From assembly GCA_017452895.1 (NCBI GenBank), contig JAFTLE010000001.1, forward strand, positions 17,428 to 81,427: a stretch of 64,000 nucleotides of DNA, read 5' to 3'. This DNA is from Clostridia bacterium (GTDB lineage: Bacteria > Bacillota > Clostridia > Oscillospirales > CAG-272). The notes beneath the pieces were generated by a model. It searched no databases, was not told where the DNA came from, and saw only the letters and a program-made list of their open reading frames with translations. Position 1 is the stretch's first letter. The number at the start of each line of letters is the position of its first letter. The translations under genes were made by a program, and so were the position numbers. Of the stretch, positions 7,230 to 14,784 are shown one piece after another.

Positions 7230-8180
7230 ATGTGTACAGCTGTTTCCTATAGAAGTAACGCTTTCTATTTCGGCAGAAATTTGGATTTGGATCGCGGATA
7301 CGGGGGAGGTGTCGTTATTACTCCGCGCCGTTATGAATTTAAAATGCGTTGTGAGAAGCCGATCGGGTCGCACTATGCGATGATCGGTATGGCTACCGTT
7401 GTTGATGATTTTCCTCTGTACTATGAGGCTACGAACGAGTGGGGACTTAGTATGGCTGGCTTGAACTTTCCCGAAAACGCCGTATACTGCGACTTTACGG
7501 AGGGGAAAGACAACATTACGCCTTTTGAGTTGATTCCTTGGATCTTATCTCAATGCGCTTACATCGATGAAGCAAAATCACTTCTTGGAAAAATCAATTT
7601 GATCAATATCAACTTTAGTGAGCAGCTTCCGCTGTCGCCGTTGCATTGGATGCTCAGCGATAAAAAACGAAGTATCGTATTAGAACCTTTGAGTGACGGG
7701 CTTAAAATATACGACGATCCGTTTGAGGTTTTGACCAACAATCCTCCATTTGAATTTCATAAAACGAACGCGAGCCATTATATGGGACTTGGCATCGGTC
7801 ACGCAACCTCTCAATTCAGAGAAAGTATACCTATGAAAAATTATAGTTTGGGCATGGGGGCTTTGGGCTTGCCGGGGGACTTTTCAAGCGCGTCACGTTT
7901 TGTACGGGCGCTTTTTGTGAAAGAAAACTCGGTATCGGAGCATAATGAAGCATCAAACGTGAATCAGTTTTTCCATATTCTGAATTCTGTTGCCATGCCG
8001 AAGGGGTGCGTCTTAGCTACTGATGGCTTTGAATATACGCGCTACAGCAGCTGCTGCAACGCGGACAGGGGGATTTATTATTACACGACCTATAATAACC
8101 TTCACATAACCGCGGTAAATATGCACGATGTTGACCTTGATAAATCATCCTTATACACCTACGGTGTCAAAGGATTATAA
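7230..8180 (+). CDS. Choloylglycine hydrolase family (bile salt hydrolase / linear amide C-N hydrolase)
   Basis: N-terminal MCTAV.. (Cys2 Ntn nucleophile), ..FGRNLD.., ..LTNNPPF.., ..GLPGDFSSASRF.., ..FHILNSVAMPKG... It is colinear with the recalled C. perfringens CBAH. Confidence 0.85.
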   Translation: MCTAVSYRSNAFYFGRNLDLDRGYGGGVVITPRRYEFKMRCEKPIGSHYAMIGMATVVDDFPLYYEATNEWGLSMAGLNFPENAVYCDFTEGKDNITPFELIPWILSQCAYIDEAKSLLGKINLININFSEQLPLSPLHWMLSDKKRSIVLEPLSDGLKIYDDPFEVLTNNPPFEFHKTNASHYMGLGIGHATSQFRESIPMKNYSLGMGALGLPGDFSSASRFVRALFVKENSVSEHNEASNVNQFFHILNSVAMPKGCVLATDGFEYTRYSSCCNADRGIYYYTTYNNLHITAVNMHDVDLDKSSLYTYGVKGL

Positions 8181-8201
8181 TAACTTCGTAAAAAACAAGT
8201 A

Positions 8202-8230
8202 TTGACAGAAAGCGAAAAATATGGTACAAT
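8202..8230 (+). promoter_or_regulatory. Sigma-A-type promoter for ktrB-ktrA
   Basis: TTGACA-N17-TACAAT. Confidence 0.5.
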
Positions 8231-8310
8231 TATAGAAGCAAATAATGATAAAAAGGAACCAGCTGACTGCAGAGGACGTTGATTCCTTTATGCTTTTTAG
8301 AGGAAAACTT

Positions 8311-9672
8311 ATGGTTAGGAAAAAGAAATTTACACTCTCAACCACGCAGATCATATTGCTCAGCTTTCTTGTGACTATTCTCTTGGGAAGCGTGCTGTTA
8401 GCATTGCCGATCAGTTCCGCCGACGGTGGAGCTGTGCCGTATCTCGATGCGCTGTTTACAGCAACTACCTCCACCTGCGTGACAGGACTTGTTACGCTTC
8501 CCACTGTCTCTGCTTGGAGCGTGTTCGGGCAGATCGTCATTCTATTATTGATACAGATCGGCGGTCTTGGTATCATCACCATTATGTCGGGGCTGATGCT
8601 TCTTTTGAACAGGAAAATGGGCATCGGCGACCGATTGCTCATTCAGGACGCTTTCAATCTAAATACGATGTCGGGACTTGCAAAATTCGTTAAAAACGTA
8701 TTGTTCGGCACGATGATTATCGAAGGAATTGGTGCTGTCCTGTATATGTTTGTGTTTGTTCCCGAATTTGGCGCGAAGGGCATCTGGATATCGGTATTCA
8801 ATTCGGTTTCCGCTTTCTGTAATGCCGGCATTGATATTATTGCGGAAAACAGCCTTTGCAATTACGCAACAAATTCATTGATAAACATCGTCACCTCGGC
8901 GCTCATCGTTCTCGGCGGTCTTGGTTATATCGTATGGTGGGATGTAATTCGTGTTGTTAAAAGCAGATCGTCAAGGAACAGAAAAATATTCAGGCATTTA
9001 ACCTTGCACTCGAAGATTGCAATTACTGTTACCGTAGGACTTATTCTTTTCGGTGCGATTCTGATATTTATTTTTGAATATTCTAATCCGTTGACCATTG
9101 GAGAGATGTCCTTGCTCGATAAGATCCAAGTATCTCTCTTCCAATCGGTCACCACGAGAACCGCAGGCTTTGCAACCGTTCCGCAAGAAAATATGACGAA
9201 CGCCTCTGCCGCCGTATCTGTTATTTTAATGCTGATAGGCGGTTCACCTGTGGGAACGGCAGGCGGTATGAAAACAGTTACGATTGCCGTCCTTGTTTGC
9301 TCTGCATTCGCTACGATAAAGAATAAGAACGGTGCTACACTATTCGGTCGCCGTATCTCTGAAGAATCAATAAAAAAGGCGGTTGCGGTTGTTGTAATGT
9401 TCCTTGCGATTTGCGCTACGTCTACCTTACTCTTGATGGCAACGAGTGACGTATCTGCCATCGATGCGGTATATGAAACGGTCAGCGCAACGGCAACCGT
9501 AGGTCTTTCGAGAAACCTAACCGCAACGCTTAACACATTTGGAAAGTTAATTATCATCGTAACGATGTATTTCGGCAGAGTAGGCCCCATTTCGCTTGCG
9601 GTGGCACTTGGCAGTAAGAACGAAAGTCAGAACGTAATTTCCGAGCCGACGGAAGATATCAGTATAGGATAA
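8311..9672 (+). CDS. ktrB: TrkH/KtrB family potassium uptake membrane subunit
   Basis: Trimmed to MVRKKKFTLSTTQ.. (GAGGAAA RBS). It is polytopic, with repeated ..T.TGL../..TAGF../..GGSPVGTAGGMK.. selectivity-filter-like motifs. Confidence 0.85.
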   Translation: MVRKKKFTLSTTQIILLSFLVTILLGSVLLALPISSADGGAVPYLDALFTATTSTCVTGLVTLPTVSAWSVFGQIVILLLIQIGGLGIITIMSGLMLLLNRKMGIGDRLLIQDAFNLNTMSGLAKFVKNVLFGTMIIEGIGAVLYMFVFVPEFGAKGIWISVFNSVSAFCNAGIDIIAENSLCNYATNSLINIVTSALIVLGGLGYIVWWDVIRVVKSRSSRNRKIFRHLTLHSKIAITVTVGLILFGAILIFIFEYSNPLTIGEMSLLDKIQVSLFQSVTTRTAGFATVPQENMTNASAAVSVILMLIGGSPVGTAGGMKTVTIAVLVCSAFATIKNKNGATLFGRRISEESIKKAVAVVVMFLAICATSTLLLMATSDVSAIDAVYETVSATATVGLSRNLTATLNTFGKLIIIVTMYFGRVGPISLAVALGSKNESQNVISEPTEDISIG

Positions 9673-9683
9673 GGAGAAGAACA

Positions 9684-10334
9684 ATGAAATCAAAGAAAAC
9701 ATATGCAGTCTTTGGACTTGGAAGGTACGGCATAGCCGTGGCAAAAGAGCTTGTAGAGTGTGGTATGGAGGTTATTGCCGTGGATACCGAACAAAGAATC
9801 GTTAACGATGCGTCGGCGTATCTACCCGTGTGCAAATGCGCCGACGTTACCGATGCGGAGGTTATCTCCCGTCTTGGCATCGGAAATATTGATACGGTCA
9901 TAGTATGTATGGCAAGTAATTTGGAAGCGAGCGTTATGGCGGTCGCACTTTGCAAAGAGGCGGGAGTTAAGACCGTTATCGCAAAATGTGCCAACGAGAT
10001 GCATCAAAAGATACTGTTTCGTGTCGGTGCGGATCAAGTCGTATTTCCCGAAAACGAATCCGGCATCCGTCTTGCCAAAAACCTCTTAAGCTCCGGCTTT
10101 ATTGATATGATCTCTCTGTCGAAGGATGTATCAATGGTCGAGATCGACGTAAAGGACGAGTGGTGCGGCCAAAACTTGATCGAATTGAATCTTCGCAAAA
10201 AATACGGCTTCAATATCGTCGCTATCAAGAAAGGCGAGAATGTCAACATAAACATTAATCCTGAGCAAGTGCTTGATGCCCAAACCACGCTGATCGTTAT
10301 TGCCAATACGGCAAAGCTTGGTAGGTTAAAATAA
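9684..10334 (+). CDS. ktrA: TrkA/KtrA family K+ uptake regulatory subunit (RCK: TrkA-N + TrkA-C)
   Basis: 216 aa. It has the Rossmann motif AVFGLGRYG and a size typical of KtrA. It follows ktrB by 11 nt. Confidence 0.85.
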   Translation: MKSKKTYAVFGLGRYGIAVAKELVECGMEVIAVDTEQRIVNDASAYLPVCKCADVTDAEVISRLGIGNIDTVIVCMASNLEASVMAVALCKEAGVKTVIAKCANEMHQKILFRVGADQVVFPENESGIRLAKNLLSSGFIDMISLSKDVSMVEIDVKDEWCGQNLIELNLRKKYGFNIVAIKKGENVNININPEQVLDAQTTLIVIANTAKLGRLK

Positions 10335-10348
10335 TTCCATATAAAAAC

Positions 10349-10386
10349 GCCGTCGAGGGAGTGAAAAACCTTGACGGCATTTTTTG
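10349..10386 (+). terminator. Rho-independent terminator after ktrA
   Basis: gccgtcgagg-N10-ccttgacggc followed by attttttg. Confidence 0.7.
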
Positions 10387-10509
10387 ATGACGGAAAAATT
10401 CATTGAGAAAACAGCTTGTCCTTATCATTTTTAATAAATTAAGTTGATTTTTTGCTAAAATGTTTGTTGTTGCTCTTATGTGATAGCAGGTATGCAAATT
10501 TTAAGCGTA

Positions 10510-10551
10510 TTGCCAAAGTGTAAAAATCCTTATTGCACAAGAGGTTTCGCA
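10510..10551 (+). repeat. Right copy of the ~42-bp imperfect direct repeat inside the element ends
   Basis: See 2916..2956. This copy ends ~39 nt from the right junction, and the left copy starts ~34 nt from the left junction. Confidence 0.6.
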
Positions 10552-10557
10552 ATATTT

Positions 10558-10995
10558 TTATAAAGATTGCTCTTGCGTGGTTGCATCATCGGCGGCGAGG
10601 TCCTCGTTTAGGTCGGTGATTGGATCGCCCTTGACGGCGATCGAGGCGGTCGTGAACGGGAAGCCTGCGGCGGCGGTGGGATAAATGCCCGTGGTGTGAT
10701 CGGTGAAGTAGGCGTCGAAGCCGCCCTCCCTGATCTGCTCGGGTGTCAGATCGCGCGTAAGCTGATAAAGAATCGCGGCGATCAGCTCCTGATGCGCCAT
10801 CTCCTCGGTACCGATATCGGTCAGCATGCCGATGACCTTGCCGTCGGGCATCGAATAGCGCTGATTGAGATAGCGCGTCGATGCGCCCAGGTCGCCGTCG
10901 GGGCCGCCGAGCTGGGACACGATGATCTTCGCATACGCGGCGTTCGGGGTCGCGATCTTAACGGGGTATTGCAGTTTTTTCTCATAGATCCACAT
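10558..10995 (-). pseudogene. cotJC: cotJC 5' segment (135 native codons, 10591..10995, then 10 element-encoded codons and a stop)
   Basis: MWIYEKKLQYPVKI..LGGPDGDLGAS.RYLNQRY..LTDIGTEEMAHQE..GDPITDLNEDLAA matches CotJC (B. subtilis MWVYEKKLQYPVKV..YGGADGELAAALRYLNQRY..LTDIGTEEFAHLE..GDPIADLYEDIAA). Similarity stops after LAA; the tail is DDATTQEQSL*. Confidence 0.9.
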
Positions 10996-10998
10996 AGG

Positions 10999-11283
10999 TC
11001 AGTCCTCCTTCTTCTGCCAGGGCCATGGGGTGTCGCCCCAATCCCAGCTGCCGTTTTTGCCGGCGCCCTTCTGCGTGAGGGGACCGTAGCGCTCCTCATA
11101 GGTCTCGGTCAGCTCGGACAGGCGATCGCGGCACTCATCGAAGTAGCGGAGTGCCGTGCGGTTGTCGGGATACGCGTTCAAATACATTGCCGTTTCAAGG
11201 CATGCGAAGGAGAGCGCGCGAATCTCACGGAGCAGGGTCGCTTCGTTGCTGCCCTGCTGTTGGTTCATATTATTCATAATCAA
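10999..11283 (-). CDS. cotJB: Spore coat protein CotJB
   Basis: 94 aa, with ..YLNAYPDN..AL.YF.. and the C-terminal ..W.WGDTPWPWQ signature of CotJB. Confidence 0.85.
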   Translation of the reverse strand: MIMNNMNQQQGSNEATLLREIRALSFACLETAMYLNAYPDNRTALRYFDECRDRLSELTETYEERYGPLTQKGAGKNGSWDWGDTPWPWQKKED

Positions 11284-11500
11284 AGCCTCCCGTGGTCAGG
11301 ATGGGAAGATCGAGCGCCTTGAAGATTGTGCCGTGGGAGAGTCCCTCGGCGGGGCTGTAAAGCCCCTCGAAGACCTGCTTTGGCGTGTAGACCATCGCAA
11401 GACTCGGCATCGGCACGGGAAGCGCGCCGCTATGCGGCGTGCAGGGCGTGCCGTTATTCTGATTGCATCCGCCGCAGGGCGGAGTTTGATTCATATTCAT
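11270..11500 (-). CDS. cotJA: Spore coat associated protein CotJA
   Basis: Trimmed to MNMNQTPP.. (76 aa, AGGAGGA RBS). ..LAMVYTPKQ.FEGLYSPAEGLSHGTIF..LDLP.. is the CotJA core. It overlaps the cotJB start. Confidence 0.75.
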   Translation of the reverse strand: MNMNQTPPCGGCNQNNGTPCTPHSGALPVPMPSLAMVYTPKQVFEGLYSPAEGLSHGTIFKALDLPILTTGGFDYE

Positions 11501-11527
11501 AGCATCCTCCTTTCGGGTTTCCAATTT

Positions 11528-11570
11528 TATCATATGTCGGGCTTTTATGCCTGTGAATATCCGCCAAAAA
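11528..11570 (-). promoter_or_regulatory. Candidate mother-cell (sigma-E/K family) promoter of cotJABC
   Basis: Minus strand reads ..ATATTCAC-aggcataaaagcccga-CATATGATA. The -10 fits CATAnnnTA, with AC 16 nt upstream. Confidence 0.3.
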
Positions 11571-11635
11571 TGGCGCGCTTTCCTAAAAAGACACCGCTTT
11601 TTCCAAGCCCTGCCGCGCCAACCGTATTTTGTGGG

Positions 11636-11664
11636 TTGCGACCTCCCTCTCCCTATGCTACAAT
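11636..11664 (+). promoter_or_regulatory. Candidate sigma-A-type promoter for the SleB-family gene
   Basis: TTGCGA-N17-TACAAT. Confidence 0.3.
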
Positions 11665-11731
11665 CAGGATAGAGTGGTAAGGATACACCGATAGCTAAAA
11701 CCCACTTAAATTCACGAAAGGAGAAAATGCT

Positions 11732-12634
11732 ATGCATATCACGAAAACAAAGAGTCATAGGCTCGGGGCGCTGATGCTTGCCTTGCTTCTGTTGCTTCCA
11801 TTCGCCGCCGCACTTTCTCTGCGTGCTGATGCGAAAAGCAGTATCAGCTACATACCGAGCAGTGTGAAGGACAAAACAGTTGGTGCATACGAGGAGATCA
11901 AAGTCACCGCGAAGGACGGAAGCACGCTGAAGGGACGCCTGATTAACGGCACGACCTTCGTTCCCCTGCGTGCCTTTTACGACGCGCACGCTGATGCTAC
12001 GATCAGCTATCACGCGGCAACGCGCACGGCAACCGTAACGGCTGACGGGCTGTCGCTGACGGCGACCGACGGCGCACGCTATCTGATCGCAAACGGCCGT
12101 TATCTTTACACCGATACGCCTCTTGTGATCCTGTCGGACGGCAGCTTCTACGCGCCGATCCGCCTTCTGGCGAAGACGCTCTCACTCACGGTCGGATGGG
12201 ATAACGCCACGCGCTCGGCATCGCTCACGGGCAAGGTGACCCCGCTTGAGCACGGCAGCACCTACTACGATGCTGACGATCTCTATTGGCTCTCCCGCAT
12301 TATTTCGGCAGAAAGCCGCGGCGAGCCGCTGATCGGGCAGATCGCAGTCGGCAACGTGGTGCAGAACCGCGTAGCGAGCAACCAATTCCCGAATACCGTG
12401 TACGGCGTCATCTTTGATTTCAAGCACGGCACGCAGTTTACCCCTGCGGCAACGGGTGCGATCTACAAGAGTCCCTACTATCTATCGGTGATCGCGGCAA
12501 AGATCTGTCTTGAGGGCTATACCGTGTCCGACGCGATCCTCTTTTTCTACGAGCCGACGGCATCGACGACAAACTGGATCGACCGCGCGCGGCCGTTTGC
12601 CTTCCGCATCGGCGCACACCGTTTTTATTACTGA
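11732..12634 (+). CDS. Cell wall hydrolase, SleB/CwlJ family (signal peptide + copper-amine-oxidase-like stalk domain + Hydrolase_2 domain)
   Basis: 300 aa, with ..LYWLSRIISAESRGEPL.GQIAVGNVV.NRV.S..FPNTVYGVI.. (SleB catalytic domain) and an N-terminal hydrophobic leader. Confidence 0.8.
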   Translation: MHITKTKSHRLGALMLALLLLLPFAAALSLRADAKSSISYIPSSVKDKTVGAYEEIKVTAKDGSTLKGRLINGTTFVPLRAFYDAHADATISYHAATRTATVTADGLSLTATDGARYLIANGRYLYTDTPLVILSDGSFYAPIRLLAKTLSLTVGWDNATRSASLTGKVTPLEHGSTYYDADDLYWLSRIISAESRGEPLIGQIAVGNVVQNRVASNQFPNTVYGVIFDFKHGTQFTPAATGAIYKSPYYLSVIAAKICLEGYTVSDAILFFYEPTASTTNWIDRARPFAFRIGAHRFYY

Positions 12635-12721
12635 TCGCTAAAAAAAGCGGCAACCCCCTTGAATTTTCCCACGGTTTGCTGTATACTAATGGTGAAAAAA
12701 GAACAAAAGGAGTTTTTTACC

Positions 12722-13273
12722 ATGGTATACAAAATTGATATCGCGGGACTGACAAGGGAGCTGCCGCTTTGTCCGCTTTCGGGCGAGCTGAACATTGCCG
12801 CCTTCGTGATGTTCGGCGACGTTGAGCTGACCGAGCACTGCGCGAAAAAGCTTGCCGAGATCGCACCCCCGCACGACGTGATGATCACGGCAGAGTCGAA
12901 GGGCATTCCGCTGGTCTATGCAATGGCTCATCATATGGGTGTAAACCGCTACCTTCTGGCACGCAAGTCGCCGAAGCTCTATATGCGCGACGTGAAGAAG
13001 TACGAGGTACAGTCAATCACCACGAGTGCGCGGCAGACGCTCTATCTTGACGGTTATGACGCCGAGTATATGAAGGGCAAGCGCGTACTGATCGTGGACG
13101 ACGTGATCAGCACGGGCGCATCGCTTGAGGCGCTTGAGCATCTCGTTACCGCATCGGGCGGTACGGTTGTCGGCAAGATGGCAGTTCTCGCCGAGGGTGA
13201 TGCAATCAACCGCGCGGACGTCATCGCACTCGCACCGCTCCCCCTCTTTGATAAGGACGGAAAAGCGCTCTGA
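12722..13273 (+). CDS. Phosphoribosyltransferase family protein (adenine/xanthine PRTase-like)
   Basis: Trimmed to MVYKIDIAG.. (AAAGGAG RBS). It has the PRPP-binding motif VLIVDDVISTGAS. Confidence 0.75.
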   Translation: MVYKIDIAGLTRELPLCPLSGELNIAAFVMFGDVELTEHCAKKLAEIAPPHDVMITAESKGIPLVYAMAHHMGVNRYLLARKSPKLYMRDVKKYEVQSITTSARQTLYLDGYDAEYMKGKRVLIVDDVISTGASLEALEHLVTASGGTVVGKMAVLAEGDAINRADVIALAPLPLFDKDGKAL

Positions 13274-13284
13274 TATCAGTAAAT

Positions 13285-13323
13285 AAAAAAGCCTTCCCAA
13301 ATTCTGTTTGGGAAGGCTTTTTG
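13285..13323. terminator. Bidirectional rho-independent terminator between convergent genes
   Basis: aaaaaagccttccca-N9-tgggaaggctttttg. Confidence 0.75.
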
Positions 13324-13329
13324 TATACT

Positions 13330-14784
13330 TCAGTTTACGTTTTTACGCCATACGCTCGGTGAAAAGAGGACGATCATTGGGAAGATCTCAAGTCGTCCGA
13401 TGAGCATATTCAGCGAAAGCAAAAGCTTTGCCGCGCCGTGGAAGAAGCCGAAGTTTTCCATTGGCCCGACGGCGGAAAGACCGGGACCGACGTTATTGAT
13501 ACAGGTCAGTTCCGCGGTCAGCGCGGTGGTAAAATCACCGACATCGAGCAAAAGAAGCAGGGTGGAGGCGCAAATAATCAGCACGTACAGCACAAAATAC
13601 ACGAGCGTACTGTGGATCACGGCGGTGTCCACGGGCTTCCCCTCATAACGGACGGGCGTAACCGCACGGGGATGGATCGCCTTGCGGACGCCCTGAAAGG
13701 CACTCTTGCACAGAAGACCGATCCTGCCGACCTTAAGACCGCCCGCGGTCGAGCCGGCACAAGCACCGATGACGGTGAGAAGCACGAGGACCCCCTGCGA
13801 GAACAGCGGCCAGACGTTTGCGAAATCGACCGATGCGTAGCCTGTGGTCGATATGATAGACGAAACCTGGAAAAAGGCGTGACGCAGCGTCGTACCGACC
13901 GAATGATAAAGATGATAGGTGTTGGCGAAGATCGCCGCGGTCGCTGCAAGCGCGATCAAAAGGAAGCTGCGCAGCTCCTCACTGCGAAGCGCCTCCTTCA
14001 CCCTGCCGATCAGGATCAGATAGTAGAGGTTGAAGTTGATGCCGAACAGGATCATGAACACCGAAATCACGACGTCAATATATGCACTGTCGTAGAATGC
14101 GATCCCCGCATTCCTGATGCTGAAGCCACCCGTGCCCGCCGTACCGAAGGCGTGGCAGATGGCGTCGAACAGCGGCATTTTTCCAAACAGAAGAAAAACG
14201 ACGAGGATCACGGTCATCACGGCATATACCGCGTAAAGGATCCGCGCGGTCTTGCGCATCTGCGGAACGAGCTTGCCAACCGTCGGTCCGGGGACCTCCG
14301 CACGCATCAGGTGCAGGGTGCGGTCGCCCGACATCGGCATCACGGCAAGGACGAAAACCAGCACGCCCATACCGCCGATCCAATGTGAGAAGCTGCGCCA
14401 GAACAAAAGACACTTCGGCAACGCCTCCACGTCGGAAAGAATCGTTGCACCCGTGGTCGTAAAGCCCGAAACGATTTCAAAAAAGGCGTCGATATAAGAG
14501 GGAATCGCGCCCGAAAGCACGAAGGGGATCGCGCCGAAGACCGAAAGCAGGATCCAGGCAAGCGCCACGACAACAAAGCCGTCCTTCGCATAGATCGCCG
14601 TGTCACGCGGACGAAGCAGACGCGAGAGGAGACCGAGCGTCAGAAGAATACCGATCGACGGCAAGAAGGAGAGCATTGCATCATATTCCCGATAGATCAA
14701 CCCGACGACCACAGACGGAAGCATCAGAAGTGCCTCGATCAAGAGAATCTTACCGAGAATGAAAAACGACATCCGACGGTTCAT
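13330..14784 (-). CDS. trkH: TrkH family potassium uptake protein
   Basis: 484 aa, polytopic, with ..SGFTTTGAT.., ..GTAGTGGFS.., ..STTGYAS.., ..GSTAGGLK.. P-loop-like repeats. Confidence 0.9.
   Translation of the reverse strand: MNRRMSFFILGKILLIEALLMLPSVVVGLIYREYDAMLSFLPSIGILLTLGLLSRLLRPRDTAIYAKDGFVVVALAWILLSVFGAIPFVLSGAIPSYIDAFFEIVSGFTTTGATILSDVEALPKCLLFWRSFSHWIGGMGVLVFVLAVMPMSGDRTLHLMRAEVPGPTVGKLVPQMRKTARILYAVYAVMTVILVVFLLFGKMPLFDAICHAFGTAGTGGFSIRNAGIAFYDSAYIDVVISVFMILFGINFNLYYLILIGRVKEALRSEELRSFLLIALAATAAIFANTYHLYHSVGTTLRHAFFQVSSIISTTGYASVDFANVWPLFSQGVLVLLTVIGACAGSTAGGLKVGRIGLLCKSAFQGVRKAIHPRAVTPVRYEGKPVDTAVIHSTLVYFVLYVLIICASTLLLLLDVGDFTTALTAELTCINNVGPGLSAVGPMENFGFFHGAAKLLLSLNMLIGRLEIFPMIVLFSPSVWRKNVN

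Larger units (their letters stand above)
2882..10590. mobile_element. ~7.7 kb intervening element inserted in cotJC, carrying a large serine recombinase plus cargo (boundaries +/- ~20 bp)
   Basis: It lies exactly between the two colinear halves of cotJC. The recombinase gene is at one end. Base composition is visibly lower in GC than the flanks. The same GA dinucleotide occurs at both junctions (2880..2881 and 10589..10590, plus-strand tc). Confidence 0.8.

Noticed and set aside
10297-10497. 66-aa minus-strand ORF in the right arm of the element
   Set aside because: It overlaps the ktrA 3' end and terminator, is AT-rich and low in complexity, has no RBS and starts inside the terminal repeat region. 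It is probably non-coding.
2882-10590. Prophage or conjugative-transposon interpretation of the insertion
   Set aside because: There are no capsid, tail, terminase, relaxase or T4SS genes. The element holds only a recombinase, a small ORF and metabolic cargo. The size and layout fit a degenerate or non-phage intervening element better.
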